In this document: positions 1-12,274 of the stretch, piece after piece
Position numbering within the stretch: the stretch's first letter is position 1
Layout of the letters: every line of letters begins with the position of its first letter
Source: Candidatus Pampinifervens sinense
GTDB lineage: Bacteria > Aquificota > Aquificia > Aquificales > Aquificaceae
Length of the DNA stretch: 64,000 bases
Reading direction: 5' to 3'
Assembly (NCBI GenBank): GCA_037927135.1
Contig: JAXSPP010000001.1
Span: forward strand, 160,001 to 224,000
Made by a program: the position numbers and the translations under genes
The notes under the pieces: generated by a model
What the model was told of the DNA's origin: nothing
The model's database searches: none
The model's input: only the letters and a program-made list of their open reading frames with translations

Positions 1-1
1 G

Positions 2-79
2 GTAGGCAACGATCTTAGATTTTATGGAAATGTGGGTTCGCCTTCATTATACATAGAAAGCATTACGGTAGGAGGCTGA
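2..79 (+). CDS. C-terminal end of a TldD/PmbA-family metalloprotease (partial, runs in from window edge)
   Basis: Frame 2 reads VGNDLRFYGNVGSPSLYIESITVGG*, which resembles the PmbA/TldE C-terminus (GND...GSPS...ITVGG). Confidence 0.75.
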   Translation, partial: VGNDLRFYGNVGSPSLYIESITVGG

Positions 80-80
80 T

Positions 81-683
81 ATGAATAGATTTTTGGGGGC
101 TATCTTTCTACTTTCTGGAATAATTGTGCTTTTTATAGGTCAGTGGATGGCTTTTGAAATTTATGCTAACGAAAAATTGAAGCATATAAGTCAGAATATG
201 GCAAGATTTACCTATGGCCTATACAGTGGTGAAAGCTTCATAAGTATTCCAAAATCTTCGGAAAACATATTCATAATTAGAGCTAACGATGGTAGAATTG
301 TGACAACTAATAATGTTGTAAGCCCAGTGAATGTTGAAGGTTTTACCTTCAGTGATTACGCTGGTAAAGGTACATACGTATACGTGTATTCAAAGAAAAT
401 TACTTTAAGCGATTACATTATGCAAGCTATTGAAAAGCCCATTGTTTTAGGAACTTCCTTTTCTGGTTTAATATTAACCTTGTTTGGATTAGTCTTATCG
501 TTAAAATACAAACAGCCAGGCAAGGTTGATCAAAAGGCTTTAATAGATACTGAAAGCTTAATAAAGAGTTTGAAAGCAGTAAGGGTAGCTTTAGCTATGG
601 GAGAACTTATACCGCGAGAAAGTTTGCAGGAGGCAAAAAAGATCGTGGAGGATATAATAAAGAAGATGGAGGGTAGAGGATGA
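81..683 (+). CDS. Hypothetical membrane protein (two TM helices flanking a small extracytoplasmic domain)
   Basis: 200-aa ORF with GGAGG SD; hydrophobic segments at aa ~5-25 and ~121-141; overlaps next gene (ATGA). Confidence 0.6.
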   Translation: MNRFLGAIFLLSGIIVLFIGQWMAFEIYANEKLKHISQNMARFTYGLYSGESFISIPKSSENIFIIRANDGRIVTTNNVVSPVNVEGFTFSDYAGKGTYVYVYSKKITLSDYIMQAIEKPIVLGTSFSGLILTLFGLVLSLKYKQPGKVDQKALIDTESLIKSLKAVRVALAMGELIPRESLQEAKKIVEDIIKKMEGRG

Positions 684-1984
684 ATGTGCTTATAGTTTCC
701 TTTGACAAAAACCTCGTAAAAAAGCTTAAGGATGCCTTAAAAGATTACAACGTAGTAGATGTAAAGAATGGAGAGGAAGCCATAAACACTGTTTCCTCCT
801 ATATAGATGTGGTCATATACGATGCTGTCTCTGGATCCATCTCTGAAGAGGATATAAACAACATGTACAAGCAGAAGTTCAAAGACTCTAAGTATATCAT
901 CCTTGTAGATGACCTCTTTCCTGTAGATATGAACAATATAATTCCACCTAAAAAAGTAAAGCTTATGAGAGAAGAAGCTGTGGAAAGGATAAAAGAGGTT
1001 ATAGCTCAGGAAACAACGGAATTCACCTTTACAGAACCTTCTATTATAGAAGTTTTTGAGGGATCCCCCACAGCTACATTGCCGGAACCCACACCCTTAC
1101 CAGAAGAAGGATCCATCATCCTTGATAAACTTCCTTTTGAAACAACAATGGATATACCTTCTTCTGTAGAGAAGAAAAAGGTTATGATCGTATCCTTTGA
1201 TTCGGAGATTATAAATAGGATAAAAGATGCTTTAGCTTCCTATGCAGAGATAATAGAAGCTAAAAACATAAAACAGGCTATGGAAAGAGCTAAAGAAGCG
1301 GATCTTATAATCTTTGATACCATCTCTGGCATGTTGGCCTATAGGACATTGATGGATATGTCAAAGGATGAAGAACTAAAACAAAAGTACTATATACTTT
1401 TAATTGATGAACTATTTACTATAGACGTAGATAGTATACCTCTTTCGGAGAAGTATGCTTACGCAAGAGAAGCTGAGCTTGGTAAAGCTATACAGAAGGT
1501 AATAGAGTTGTTGGAAAAGGAACCACAACCCACTGTAGCTCCCATAGAGGAGGAAAGGGAAAGTATACTAGATCTCTTTGATGAAATATTAGGTTCGCAG
1601 CTTGAAGAGGTAAAAAAAGAGGAGGAGGTAGTTGAAGAACAAGAACAGAAATCTATATTGCCTCAAGAGCAGGAAGAAGTTATAGCAGAGAAAGAGGAAA
1701 GGCAGGAGCCTATACATATAGAATCAGTTGCAGAAAATTTAGCGCAGGCTATTAAAGATATCATAAAAGATAATCTTTCTAGGGACAATCTATATTCACT
1801 ACTATCACAGATAGTAGATTACGAGGATTTGAAAACATATATGGCGAGAGTGGTAGAAAGTAAAGTAGAAGAGGTGATAAGAATGTACATAGAACAACAG
1901 TTTTCAAAGATAGATATGGCACAGATAGTGAGAGAGGAAGCTTATAAGGTGCTGAAAGAAAGGTTAAGAGAAATCATCACTTAA
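680..1984 (+). CDS. Protein with two tandem atypical receiver-like domains, Pro/Glu-rich linkers and a helical C-terminus
   Basis: Internal repeat NVLIVSFD...DVVIYD...YIILVDDLF / KVMIVSFD...DLIIFD...YILLIDELF. Confidence 0.6.
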   Translation: MNVLIVSFDKNLVKKLKDALKDYNVVDVKNGEEAINTVSSYIDVVIYDAVSGSISEEDINNMYKQKFKDSKYIILVDDLFPVDMNNIIPPKKVKLMREEAVERIKEVIAQETTEFTFTEPSIIEVFEGSPTATLPEPTPLPEEGSIILDKLPFETTMDIPSSVEKKKVMIVSFDSEIINRIKDALASYAEIIEAKNIKQAMERAKEADLIIFDTISGMLAYRTLMDMSKDEELKQKYYILLIDELFTIDVDSIPLSEKYAYAREAELGKAIQKVIELLEKEPQPTVAPIEEERESILDLFDEILGSQLEEVKKEEEVVEEQEQKSILPQEQEEVIAEKEERQEPIHIESVAENLAQAIKDIIKDNLSRDNLYSLLSQIVDYEDLKTYMARVVESKVEEVIRMYIEQQFSKIDMAQIVREEAYKVLKERLREIIT

Positions 1985-3716
1985 CAAACAGGGCTTCCTC
2001 TTTATACCAACCCCAAACTGTAGGAAATAGATTTCCAAACTTGTTCCTTACAGCAATCATACTTTTGGGAGCTACCAAAAATATCATGGGTTGTTCTTCG
2101 GCTATTATCCTGTAGGCCTCCCTATAGAGCCATACTCTTTTACTTTGATCTGTTTCCACTGAAGCCTTATCAAAGAGCTCATCTATCCTTCTTTCCCACT
2201 CGGTGGCAGGTTTTTCTTGCCTTGGATTCCACATATGAAGCGTGCCAGAAGAGTGCCACACGTTTCTACCAAAGTGTGGATCCATAGAACCTGTAAGACC
2301 TATTATGACAGCTTCCCAATCGTAGGGTGGTGAAGTAAGCTTGTTTACAAGGGTGTTAAAATCTATAGTTCTAAAGATGACCTTTATGCCTATTTTTTCA
2401 AGATCCTCTTTTATCATATTTCCCATAGCTTCCCTTTCCTTGTTTCCCGCATTGGTAAGCAAGACTATCTCCACCTTGTTACCTTGCGGATCCTCCAACC
2501 ATCCATCACCATCCCTATCCTTAAAGCCCAAACCTTCTAGAATACTCCTTGCCTTTCTAAGATCATACTCATACACAGGGAATAGACCTTCTTCGTAATA
2601 TGGCCTGTTGGCTGGTGTGATAGGTCCATAAAGGGGCTCTGCAAGACCGTTGTAAACTAAATAGCAAATACCCAACCTGTCTATGGCGTGGGATATGGCT
2701 CTTCTAAACTCCCTGTTTTGAAACCATTGAAGCTTATATTTAGGAATGTTTGACCGAGGGTTCATGTTGAAAACCAAGAAGGTGGTAGAGGGTGTGGGCC
2801 CAAGGTCAAAGAGGGATATACCCTTCATTTTACTTACATAGAGAACATCTTGCGGTCTTATACCTATGTAGTCCACCTCCCCTAGGGAGAACTTCAGTAA
2901 GGCAGTGTCTGGATCTTGCAATATATAGCCTACTTTGCCCTTTATGTATGGTAGCCTTCTACCCTTTTGGTCCTTTTCATAGTAATAAGGATTGGCAGAG
3001 TATTCAACCAGCACACCTTTTATGTATCTTTTTAATATATATGGGCCTGTTCCAACTATCTCTTTAGGGTCTGTGTTTACATTCCAAGCGGTCATAAAGG
3101 TACCTTTTTTGACGTATTCCTCAAGCTTGTGCTTGGGAAGTATGGGTGCAGAGAGGGCATTCAAGAAGGGTGCAAAGGGCTTAGGAAGTCTAAACTCCAC
3201 CGTATACTGATCTAATTTTCTCACAAAGTTCTTTATATCCTCTGGAGTTCTAAGCACGCCTCTGAACATATCACCTGTAGAGTTTGGGATGTTAGGATTT
3301 AGATAAATATCCCTGTAAGTAAAGACCACATCATCTGCACTAAAGGGCTTTCCATCACTCCAGCGCACATCCCTCCGCAGATGGAATACATATACCTTGC
3401 CCCCTTCTCTTTCTTCCCATCTTTCGGCCAAATCCGGTAAAACTTTCATAGTTTTCAAATCTACCTTTGTGAGACCTGTAAATAGGTCTGAAAGAACGAC
3501 AGTGGAAGAAGTCTCCTGGGCTAGGGCAGGGTTTAGAGTCTTAGGGTCTGAACTAAGTACAAAGCTTATCCTTCCACCTTCTTTTCCTTCTTCTAAGTGG
3601 AATTGCTCTGGACTTAATCTAAGAAAGGATACATAACCACCTTTAGGAGAGGAGGAAAGATAGAAGGGGAGGAAGGCAAGGAAGCAAAAAATTAAAGCTG
3701 TTATAAATTGCCTCAT
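1977..3716 (-). CDS. ABC transporter peptide/nickel-type substrate-binding protein (family 5)
   Basis: DPKTLNP, PDLAERWE, WSDGKPFSADDVVFT and VGTGPY motifs; N-terminal signal/anchor. Confidence 0.9.
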   Translation of the reverse strand: MRQFITALIFCFLAFLPFYLSSSPKGGYVSFLRLSPEQFHLEEGKEGGRISFVLSSDPKTLNPALAQETSSTVVLSDLFTGLTKVDLKTMKVLPDLAERWEEREGGKVYVFHLRRDVRWSDGKPFSADDVVFTYRDIYLNPNIPNSTGDMFRGVLRTPEDIKNFVRKLDQYTVEFRLPKPFAPFLNALSAPILPKHKLEEYVKKGTFMTAWNVNTDPKEIVGTGPYILKRYIKGVLVEYSANPYYYEKDQKGRRLPYIKGKVGYILQDPDTALLKFSLGEVDYIGIRPQDVLYVSKMKGISLFDLGPTPSTTFLVFNMNPRSNIPKYKLQWFQNREFRRAISHAIDRLGICYLVYNGLAEPLYGPITPANRPYYEEGLFPVYEYDLRKARSILEGLGFKDRDGDGWLEDPQGNKVEIVLLTNAGNKEREAMGNMIKEDLEKIGIKVIFRTIDFNTLVNKLTSPPYDWEAVIIGLTGSMDPHFGRNVWHSSGTLHMWNPRQEKPATEWERRIDELFDKASVETDQSKRVWLYREAYRIIAEEQPMIFLVAPKSMIAVRNKFGNLFPTVWGWYKEEALFVK

Positions 3717-4846
3717 CTTTTTGCCTCTACAAGTTCTTTACCCTTCTTATAAGCCCATCTTATGGCATCCATGATCTCTTCGATGCTTTTGGGCTCTCCA
3801 AAGTTTACAAGGCTTAGTATGTCCTCTACAAGGTCCACAATATCTAAGAAGCCTATCTTACCTTCAAGGAAGAGTTCTACAGCTACCTGATCTGCACCAA
3901 CTAACACTATAGGGTATACACCCCCCATGTGGGCAACCCATTTACAAAGGGGTATGCTTTTGAACTTTTCCGTATCAACCCTTTCAAAATGTATCGGTGA
4001 AAGTTCAAAAAGGCTTTTTCTTTCAAAGGGATAAGGCCTTCTTTCTGGATAGTATAAACTGTACATTATGGGAATTCTCATATCTGTCTGAGATGTATGA
4101 AAGAGAAAAGTGCCATCTATTAGCTCCACTATTCCATGCACTACGCTTTGAGGATGGATCAAAATGTCTAAACTTTCTACAGTGAGGTCAAAAAGGTTAA
4201 TAGCTTCCAAAAGCTCCATACCTTTGTTCATAAGGGTAGCGGAATCTATAGTGATCTTTGCACCCATCTTCCACGTGGGATGGTTTAAGGCCTCTTCCAC
4301 CGATACATACTTTAGCTCCTCAAGGTTTTTGTTTCTGAAGGGCCCTCCAGAGGCCGTAAGGTATACCTTCTTCAAATCCTTCTGGTTTACCATGCTGAGC
4401 AACTGAAATAGGGCATTGTGTTCGCTGTCTACAGGAACTATCAACTTTCTTTTTTCCTTTACAAGCCTCCCAAGGCATATGAGAGATTCCTTATTAGAAG
4501 CTAGAAGCCTTTTCCCTTTTTCAAGTATAAGATAGGTTGGAAATATACCGTCCGTGCCTGATATGGCGTTCATGAGCATGTCCGACTCTTCCACCATGGC
4601 ATAAAGGCCTTCTTCTCCTTTTAAAAACTTTGTTCCTTTTGGAAGGCTGTTTAACCACTCCTTTGAAGGTTCTTCATAGCAGGCTACGTATTTCGGATGA
4701 AACTCTCTTGCTTGCAAAAGGAGCTTTTCTGAGGCCCTGCGGGCCAAAAGGCCTATAAGTTCAAAATCCTCCCTGTTTTCCCTTATCACATCCAAGGTTT
4801 GGCTACCAACAGATCCTGTAGAACCAAGCACACTAAGCCTTCTCAT
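3713..4846 (-). CDS. dxr: 1-deoxy-D-xylulose-5-phosphate reductoisomerase
   Basis: [24 protein letters not shown] and [18 protein letters not shown] motifs. Confidence 0.97.
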   Translation of the reverse strand: MRRLSVLGSTGSVGSQTLDVIRENREDFELIGLLARRASEKLLLQAREFHPKYVACYEEPSKEWLNSLPKGTKFLKGEEGLYAMVEESDMLMNAISGTDGIFPTYLILEKGKRLLASNKESLICLGRLVKEKRKLIVPVDSEHNALFQLLSMVNQKDLKKVYLTASGGPFRNKNLEELKYVSVEEALNHPTWKMGAKITIDSATLMNKGMELLEAINLFDLTVESLDILIHPQSVVHGIVELIDGTFLFHTSQTDMRIPIMYSLYYPERRPYPFERKSLFELSPIHFERVDTEKFKSIPLCKWVAHMGGVYPIVLVGADQVAVELFLEGKIGFLDIVDLVEDILSLVNFGEPKSIEEIMDAIRWAYKKGKELVEAKR

Positions 4847-5808
4847 ACTATACCCGCCCTTAAAATGTCATGCATGTGTATGATGCCTATAGGCCTTTTC
4901 TCTTCATCCACCACCAAAAGAACAGTTATCTTATAATCTTCCATCCTTCTTAAGGCTTCAACGGCCAGTTCATCCATACGAGCCGTTTTAGGGTTGTTGG
5001 TCATAACATCCTTTGCAACGCTTTCATCAAACTTTCCCCCTCTGTTGACAAACCTCCTTAGGTCTCCATCCGTTATTATTCCTACAAGCCTTCCTTCTTC
5101 ATCCACCACCGCAGTGGCACCAAAGCCCTTACTCGTCATCTCTATTATCACTTCCTTCATAGGAGTGTCTTCTTTGACTATAGGCACTTCAGAACCGGTA
5201 TGACAGAGGTCTGCAACACGCCTTAGCCTCCTTCCAAGGGAGCCACCAGGATGGCGTAAGGCAAAGTCCTTTTCTGTAAAGCCGTTTAGTTCAAGAAGCA
5301 CCATAGCAAGGGCATCTCCTAAAACTAAAGAAGCTGTAGAAGAGCTTGTAGGAGCAAGCTGAAGGGGACAAGCTTCCCTTTCCACAGCTAAGAATATATG
5401 CACATCAGCATGCTTTGCTAGGGTAGACTGAGGGTTGTTGGTGATGGCTATAAGGGGCACCCCTAAAAGCTTTATGTAGGGTATAAGGGATATAACCTCT
5501 GGAGACTCTCCACTGTTAGAAAAGGCTATTACCACATCCTTTGCATCTATCATACCAAGGTCTCCGTGAAGAGCCTCTGCAGGGTGAAGGTAGTGGGCTG
5601 GAGTGCCTGTGCTGGAAAGGGTAGAAGCTACCTTCCTAGCTATATGTCCCGACTTTCCCACTCCTGTGGTAATTACTTTACCTTTACAATTCCTCAACAG
5701 TTCTATAGCTTTAACAAAGTTCTCATCCAGACTGTCTCTAAGCTTCTTTAGGGATTCTATCTCTATATCAAAGACCCTTCTTGCCTTCTGTAGAACATGT
5801 TCCATCAC
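4843..5808 (-). CDS. kdsD: Arabinose-5-phosphate isomerase (KpsF/GutQ family, SIS + CBS)
   Basis: [28 protein letters not shown] and HPGGSLG motifs; CBS pair. Confidence 0.95.
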   Translation of the reverse strand: MMEHVLQKARRVFDIEIESLKKLRDSLDENFVKAIELLRNCKGKVITTGVGKSGHIARKVASTLSSTGTPAHYLHPAEALHGDLGMIDAKDVVIAFSNSGESPEVISLIPYIKLLGVPLIAITNNPQSTLAKHADVHIFLAVEREACPLQLAPTSSSTASLVLGDALAMVLLELNGFTEKDFALRHPGGSLGRRLRRVADLCHTGSEVPIVKEDTPMKEVIIEMTSKGFGATAVVDEEGRLVGIITDGDLRRFVNRGGKFDESVAKDVMTNNPKTARMDELAVEALRRMEDYKITVLLVVDEEKRPIGIIHMHDILRAGIV

Positions 5809-6332
5809 TTTTTATAGTTATTTATACCCTTCATGATCTCCTCGTAGGCAAACTCTACACCCTTGAACTCCTCCACCTTTACCCACTTTCCAGGTTCAAG
5901 TTCTTTGTAGTGTTCAAAGAAGTGTTTTATCTTGTCTAGTAGCACTTTTGGTAGGTCCTCATAAGACTTTACATTTTCATAGGTTGGATCCACTTTACTG
6001 TGAGGCACAGCCAAAAGCTTTGTATCTACACCTTCCTCATCTCTCATCTGTAGAGCACCTATAGGCCTGCATCTTATAACAGTACCGGGAGCCACAGGAT
6101 ACCTTGATATGATAAGCACATCTACAGGGTCTCCATCATCCGCAAGGGTTTGGGGTATAAAACCATAATTAAAAGGGTAATGCATGGCGGTAAAGAGAAA
6201 TCTATCAACAAAGATGGCACCACTCTCCTTATCAATCTCATACTTTATAGAGCTGTCCTGCGGTATCTCTACTATCACATAAATGTCCTCTGGTGGATTC
6301 TTTCCAGGTGGTATTTTCCTCACATCCACCAT
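5805..6332 (-). CDS. ppa: Inorganic pyrophosphatase (family I)
   Basis: [31 protein letters not shown]. Confidence 0.97.
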   Translation of the reverse strand: MVDVRKIPPGKNPPEDIYVIVEIPQDSSIKYEIDKESGAIFVDRFLFTAMHYPFNYGFIPQTLADDGDPVDVLIISRYPVAPGTVIRCRPIGALQMRDEEGVDTKLLAVPHSKVDPTYENVKSYEDLPKVLLDKIKHFFEHYKELEPGKWVKVEEFKGVEFAYEEIMKGINNYKK

Positions 6333-6354
6333 ATTCCACCTCCAAAGTTTTATT

Positions 6355-6924
6355 TTACAACTGCACGTTGCAAAAGTTCATGCTTTCTTCCACACCAAAC
6401 TCCACACACCTTATCAAACATTCGCTAGCCCTATCTATGACCCTATAAAGCACAGCCTCCTCTTCCTCACTGAAGGGAGATAGGACATATTCTACCACTT
6501 TATTCTTGTCCTTTGGCCTTCCTATACCAATCCTCAACCTTGGAAACTTCTCACTCTTTATCTCCCTTATTATGGATTCTACACCGTGATGTCCCCCACT
6601 ACTACCTTCCAGTCTTAGCCTCAGCTTCCCCAAAGGTAGGTCTAGATCGTCGTAAACCACCAACATCTCCTCAGGCTTTATATCATACTCCTCCAACAGG
6701 TTGATCACAGCCAATCCAGAATTGTTCATATAAGTTTGAGGTTTGGCCAATATTATGGTCCTCCCGTTTACATTAGCCTTATACACGTGTGAAAGGCACT
6801 CCTCCGAAGGCTTTGAAACTTTGAGTTTTCTTAACAGTTCATCTACTACCATAAAGCCTACATTATGGCGCGTCTTCTCATACTTTTTACCAGGGTTGCC
6901 AAGCCCTACTATAAGCTTTATCAT
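6355..6924 (-). CDS. pth: Peptidyl-tRNA hydrolase
   Basis: [23 protein letters not shown] and RLRIGIGRP motifs. Confidence 0.97.
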   Translation of the reverse strand: MIKLIVGLGNPGKKYEKTRHNVGFMVVDELLRKLKVSKPSEECLSHVYKANVNGRTIILAKPQTYMNNSGLAVINLLEEYDIKPEEMLVVYDDLDLPLGKLRLRLEGSSGGHHGVESIIREIKSEKFPRLRIGIGRPKDKNKVVEYVLSPFSEEEEAVLYRVIDRASECLIRCVEFGVEESMNFCNVQL

Positions 6925-7490
6925 TCAGAAGGGGTGCTTTCTTCTACTTCAGGCTCTAGCACTACAGCTACCGTCTCTTCTGGAGAGTCAACTATTATGC
7001 ACCCTTCCGGTGGCACAATATCCCTCACGTGCAAAGCATCTCCCAAACCTAGATGGCTCACATCAACGACTATTTTTTCTGGTATTTTGTCAACTTTTGC
7101 CTTTACCGTAAGACTGTGCATGAGAGGCTCAAAGGTTCCACCTAGGCCTACACCGGCTGGTGTTCCCACAAACTCTATAGGCACTTCCACTTCAATCTCT
7201 TGAGTATAGGTTATATCCTGAAGGTCTACGTGGATAGGGTTGTCGCCTAGCCAACCCATCTGTATATCCTTTAGAAGACACAACCTTTTCTCCCCTTCAA
7301 GTTCCGCTTCAATGAGGAAAGTCTCCCCATGAGGGAAGGAGTAGAGGTCCTTTAGGCTCATGTAAGCATGTCTATTTTCCACACCCTTACCATAGATCTC
7401 CACAGGTATATAACCCTGCTTTCTAAACCTTTTTAACTCGCTCTTTTTGCCCACCGTCCTTGGTATCAGCTTAACATAAACCCTTCGCAT
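6921..7490 (-). CDS. rplY: 50S ribosomal protein L25 / CTC
   Basis: IPVEIYG, IHVDL and VPIEFVG...GG motifs; conserved prs-rplY-pth order. Confidence 0.92.
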   Translation of the reverse strand: MRRVYVKLIPRTVGKKSELKRFRKQGYIPVEIYGKGVENRHAYMSLKDLYSFPHGETFLIEAELEGEKRLCLLKDIQMGWLGDNPIHVDLQDITYTQEIEVEVPIEFVGTPAGVGLGGTFEPLMHSLTVKAKVDKIPEKIVVDVSHLGLGDALHVRDIVPPEGCIIVDSPEETVAVVLEPEVEESTPSE

Positions 7491-7502
7491 CTTTTACCTC
7501 CT

Positions 7503-8438
7503 TTATATAAACAATGAGCTAATAGATTCACCTTCGTGTGCCCTCCTTATGGCCTCTGCTATAAGCGGTGCAATTGAGACCACCCTTAGCTTTTCAAGCC
7601 CCTTATTCTCTACATTCAATGTATTAGTTACAATCACCTCTTCTATGGGTGATTCTCTCAGCCTTTCTATGGCAGGCCCAGAAAATATTCCATGTGTGGC
7701 AGCCACATATACACTTTTGGCACCTTTTGAGAGGAGCATGTTGGTGGCAGCCACTACAGTACCAGCAGTATCTATAATATCATCAACTATGATAGCCTTC
7801 TTCCCTTTTACATCTCCTATCAGATCCAAAACTTCCGCCACGTTGGGCTCAGGCCTCCTTTTGTAAATTATGGCTATACTGCAACCAAGCTTGTTGGCCA
7901 AAAGCCTAGCCCTTTCTACCCCACCAGCATCTGGAGAGACAACAACCAAATCCCCTTCTATCCTTTCCTTTATATACTCATAGATCACATTTAGCGCGTA
8001 AAGGTTGTCTACTGGTATATTGAAAAAGCCTTGGATCTGTGGAGAGTGAAGATCAACCACTATGAGCCTCTGAGCTCCTGCAACGGTAATAAGATCTGCC
8101 AAAAGCCTTGCGCTTATAGGCACCCTTGGTTTATCCTTTCTGTCCTGCCTGGCATAGGCATAGTAGGGTATTACGGCCGTTATCCTTCCCGCAGAAGCCC
8201 TCTTTAGAGCATCCAATATTAAAAGGAGCTCCATAATGCTATCGTTAACAGGATGTCCAAGGGACTGAATGACAAACACATCCTCGCCTCTCATGGATTC
8301 GTTTATCTTTACCCTGACCTCCCCATCGCTGAATCTACCCACTACTGCATCGGATAATGGTATACCTAGATGTTCTGAAACTTCCTGAGCCAACTTGGGA
8401 TTGCTAGTACCGGTAAGGAGCTTTATAGAGCCAAACAT
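7503..8438 (-). CDS. prs: Ribose-phosphate pyrophosphokinase
   Basis: FSDGE, PYYAYARQDRK, VSPDAGG and VDDIIDTAGT motifs. Confidence 0.97.
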   Translation of the reverse strand: MFGSIKLLTGTSNPKLAQEVSEHLGIPLSDAVVGRFSDGEVRVKINESMRGEDVFVIQSLGHPVNDSIMELLLILDALKRASAGRITAVIPYYAYARQDRKDKPRVPISARLLADLITVAGAQRLIVVDLHSPQIQGFFNIPVDNLYALNVIYEYIKERIEGDLVVVSPDAGGVERARLLANKLGCSIAIIYKRRPEPNVAEVLDLIGDVKGKKAIIVDDIIDTAGTVVAATNMLLSKGAKSVYVAATHGIFSGPAIERLRESPIEEVIVTNTLNVENKGLEKLRVVSIAPLIAEAIRRAHEGESISSLFI

Positions 8439-8467
8439 TTTTCACCTCATCTTTATTTTGTGGAAAG

Positions 8468-8540
8468 CTGGGGTGCCTGGACTCGAACCAGGAGCCCCCG
8501 GATCCAAAGTCCGGTGCTCTGCCAGTTGAGCTACACCCCA
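8468..8540 (-). tRNA. tRNA-Gln (UUG), CCA not encoded
   Basis: Minus strand TGGGGTG...CACCCCA acceptor stem; anticodon arm CCGGA-CT-TTG-GA-TCCGG; GGTTCGAGTCC T-arm; usual ispE-tRNAGln-prs context. Confidence 0.95.
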
Positions 8541-9340
8541 TAGCTTTCCACTCTATACAATTTCCAATTCCTCAACCTACAAGCAATCTCCACTTCTGGC
8601 AATGGTTCACCCACATAAAATACACAGGAACCACTACCACTTACCAAGGGCCTAAGACCCAAGCTCCTCAAATACCTCAACACCTCACCCACTTCCGGAT
8701 AAAGCTCTCCAGCCAACTCACCCAACCTATTCTCCAACAAGCTAAAATCTCCCGTCTTAAGACTATCTATTATTTTATCACCTTCCAGTCCTCTTGTCAA
8801 CATATCTTCCCTTACCATACTGTATACATAAGCTGTTGAGCACTTAACACCCGGGTATATAAGTGTAAATACCATCCTAGGCAATTCTATTCTCTCAAGC
8901 CTTTCTCCCCTTCCTCTTCCAACGGCAGAACCTCCAAGGAGGAAAAAGGGTGCATCGGAAGACACTTGCAAGGCTATATCTTTTAGAGCCTCCATGCTTA
9001 GAGGATCCCCCAAAAGGCGGTTTATGGCAACCAAGACCGAAGCCACATTAGAAGATCCTCCTCCTAGTCCTGCACCCTCCGGTATCCTTTTATCTATATA
9101 GATGTGAAAGTTTATCTCCTTTCCCATCACCCTTTCCATAAGTCTTATAGCCTTGTATACAAGGTTTTCCTCCATAGGTATACCAGTGCTTGTCTCCACC
9201 TTCAGTGGTCCCTCTTCAATGTATATCTCATCGCAAAGGTCTATGGCATGATAGATGGTAAAGATCTCATGGTAGCCATCTTGCCTTTTGCCCAAAAGCC
9301 ACAAACCTAAGTTTATCTTTGCTGGGGAAAGCAACCTCAT
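8531..9340 (-). CDS. ispE: 4-diphosphocytidyl-2-C-methyl-D-erythritol kinase
   Basis: PAKINLGL, DGYHE, KRIPEGAGLGGGSSN and SGSGS motifs. Confidence 0.95.
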   Translation of the reverse strand: MRLLSPAKINLGLWLLGKRQDGYHEIFTIYHAIDLCDEIYIEEGPLKVETSTGIPMEENLVYKAIRLMERVMGKEINFHIYIDKRIPEGAGLGGGSSNVASVLVAINRLLGDPLSMEALKDIALQVSSDAPFFLLGGSAVGRGRGERLERIELPRMVFTLIYPGVKCSTAYVYSMVREDMLTRGLEGDKIIDSLKTGDFSLLENRLGELAGELYPEVGEVLRYLRSLGLRPLVSGSGSCVFYVGEPLPEVEIACRLRNWKLYRVESYGV

Positions 9341-9389
9341 GGTTTATTATTTTAACCCTCACAGTATTATATGTGTAGGACTAATAAAA

Positions 9390-9410
9390 TCTTAGTTTAA
9401 TACACTAAAA
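9390..9410. promoter_or_regulatory. HAIR-like inverted repeat upstream of groES promoter
   Basis: TTAGT-N7-ACTAA inverted repeat (9392-9408). Confidence 0.4.
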
Positions 9411-9426
9411 TTTTTCTACAAACCTC

Positions 9427-9455
9427 TTGACAAAATAGGGGGATGTTAATATAAT
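9427..9455 (+). promoter_or_regulatory. sigma70 promoter of groESL
   Basis: Perfect TTGACA-17bp-TATAAT. Confidence 0.9.
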
Positions 9456-9488
9456 ATCTAATGGAAAAACCTATAAAGGAGGTGGAAC

Positions 9489-11446
<1,958 letters not shown>

Positions 11447-11455
11447 GAAGCCCCC

Positions 11456-11478
11456 AGGCCCCCTCTGGGGCCTTTTAT
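11456..11478 (+). terminator. Rho-independent terminator of groESL
   Basis: AGGCCCC-CTCT-GGGGCCT hairpin followed by TTTATT. Confidence 0.8.
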
Positions 11479-11505
11479 TGACAATTTTTTTTAAAGGGTT
11501 AAAAT
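11478..11505 (+). promoter_or_regulatory. Putative sigma70 promoter for the 11523-13416 operon
   Basis: TTGACA-16bp-TAAAAT immediately after the terminator. Confidence 0.55.
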
Positions 11506-11522
11506 ATAAGTAAGGATTTACT

Positions 11523-11969
11523 ATGAAAGAGTTGGTTTTATTTTTACACATCCTTTTTGCTACCCTTTGGGTAGGTGGCATGATCTTTTTAGTCTTTGTA
11601 GTGTCTCCCTTTGTAAGAAAACTGCCTATAAGGGATCAGGTCTTTCAAGAGGTGGGAAGACGCTTTAGCTTTTATGGAACCTTCATATCCCTTTTGGCCC
11701 TATTTATCACAGGCCTGATAAACATCCATTACATAGCTGGTCTTTCAAGCCTGTTTGACTTTTCAATCCCCTACACCAAAACTCTGCTTCAAAAGATAGG
11801 GATATTCTTCCTTGTGGTAATAGTTTCCCTTGTGCATGACCTCTACTTTGGGCCAAGGGCTGTATATTCAAGCTTTCACAAGTCTATGGCCAGGCTTTTT
11901 GGTTTTATAAACCTTTTCCTGAGCCTTTTTATAGTTTATTTGGCAGTTAAACTAAGGTTTGGAGGCTAA
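11523..11969 (+). CDS. CopD/DUF4149-like four-TM membrane protein
   Basis: LHILFATLWVGGMIF, ITGLIN and HDLYFGP motifs. Confidence 0.6.
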   Translation: MKELVLFLHILFATLWVGGMIFLVFVVSPFVRKLPIRDQVFQEVGRRFSFYGTFISLLALFITGLINIHYIAGLSSLFDFSIPYTKTLLQKIGIFFLVVIVSLVHDLYFGPRAVYSSFHKSMARLFGFINLFLSLFIVYLAVKLRFGG

Positions 11970-11971
11970 AT

Positions 11972-12274
11972 ATGGCACAACTTTTGAAGTTAGAACCAAG
12001 CTTTTCAGATTTTATGCCAGTAAAAAAGGTGTTATGCTCTAAGGAAAACTTAAGGTGCATAGCCTTTTACCTCAAAGCGGGCCAGAAGGTGCCCCTTCAT
12101 ACATCACCCCATAGGGTTATAACCCTTGTGCTTGAGGGTGAAGGAGACTTCTTCGTTGGAAGTGAAGAAAAAAGAGAGAGACTTAAAAAGGGAGAGGCAC
12201 TTCTTTATGAGCCTTCAGAGCCACATGGCTTTGTTGCCGTGCAAGATATGACAGTATTAGCCTTTGTAGTGTGA
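11972..12274 (+). CDS. Cupin-domain protein
   Basis: GQKVPLHTSP...VLEGEG...EPHGF cupin motifs. Confidence 0.85.
   Translation: MAQLLKLEPSFSDFMPVKKVLCSKENLRCIAFYLKAGQKVPLHTSPHRVITLVLEGEGDFFVGSEEKRERLKKGEALLYEPSEPHGFVAVQDMTVLAFVV

Noticed and set aside
9341-9488. CIRCE element or sigma32 promoter before groESL
   Set aside because: No TTAGCACTC-N9-GAGTGCTAA; the promoter is consensus sigma70
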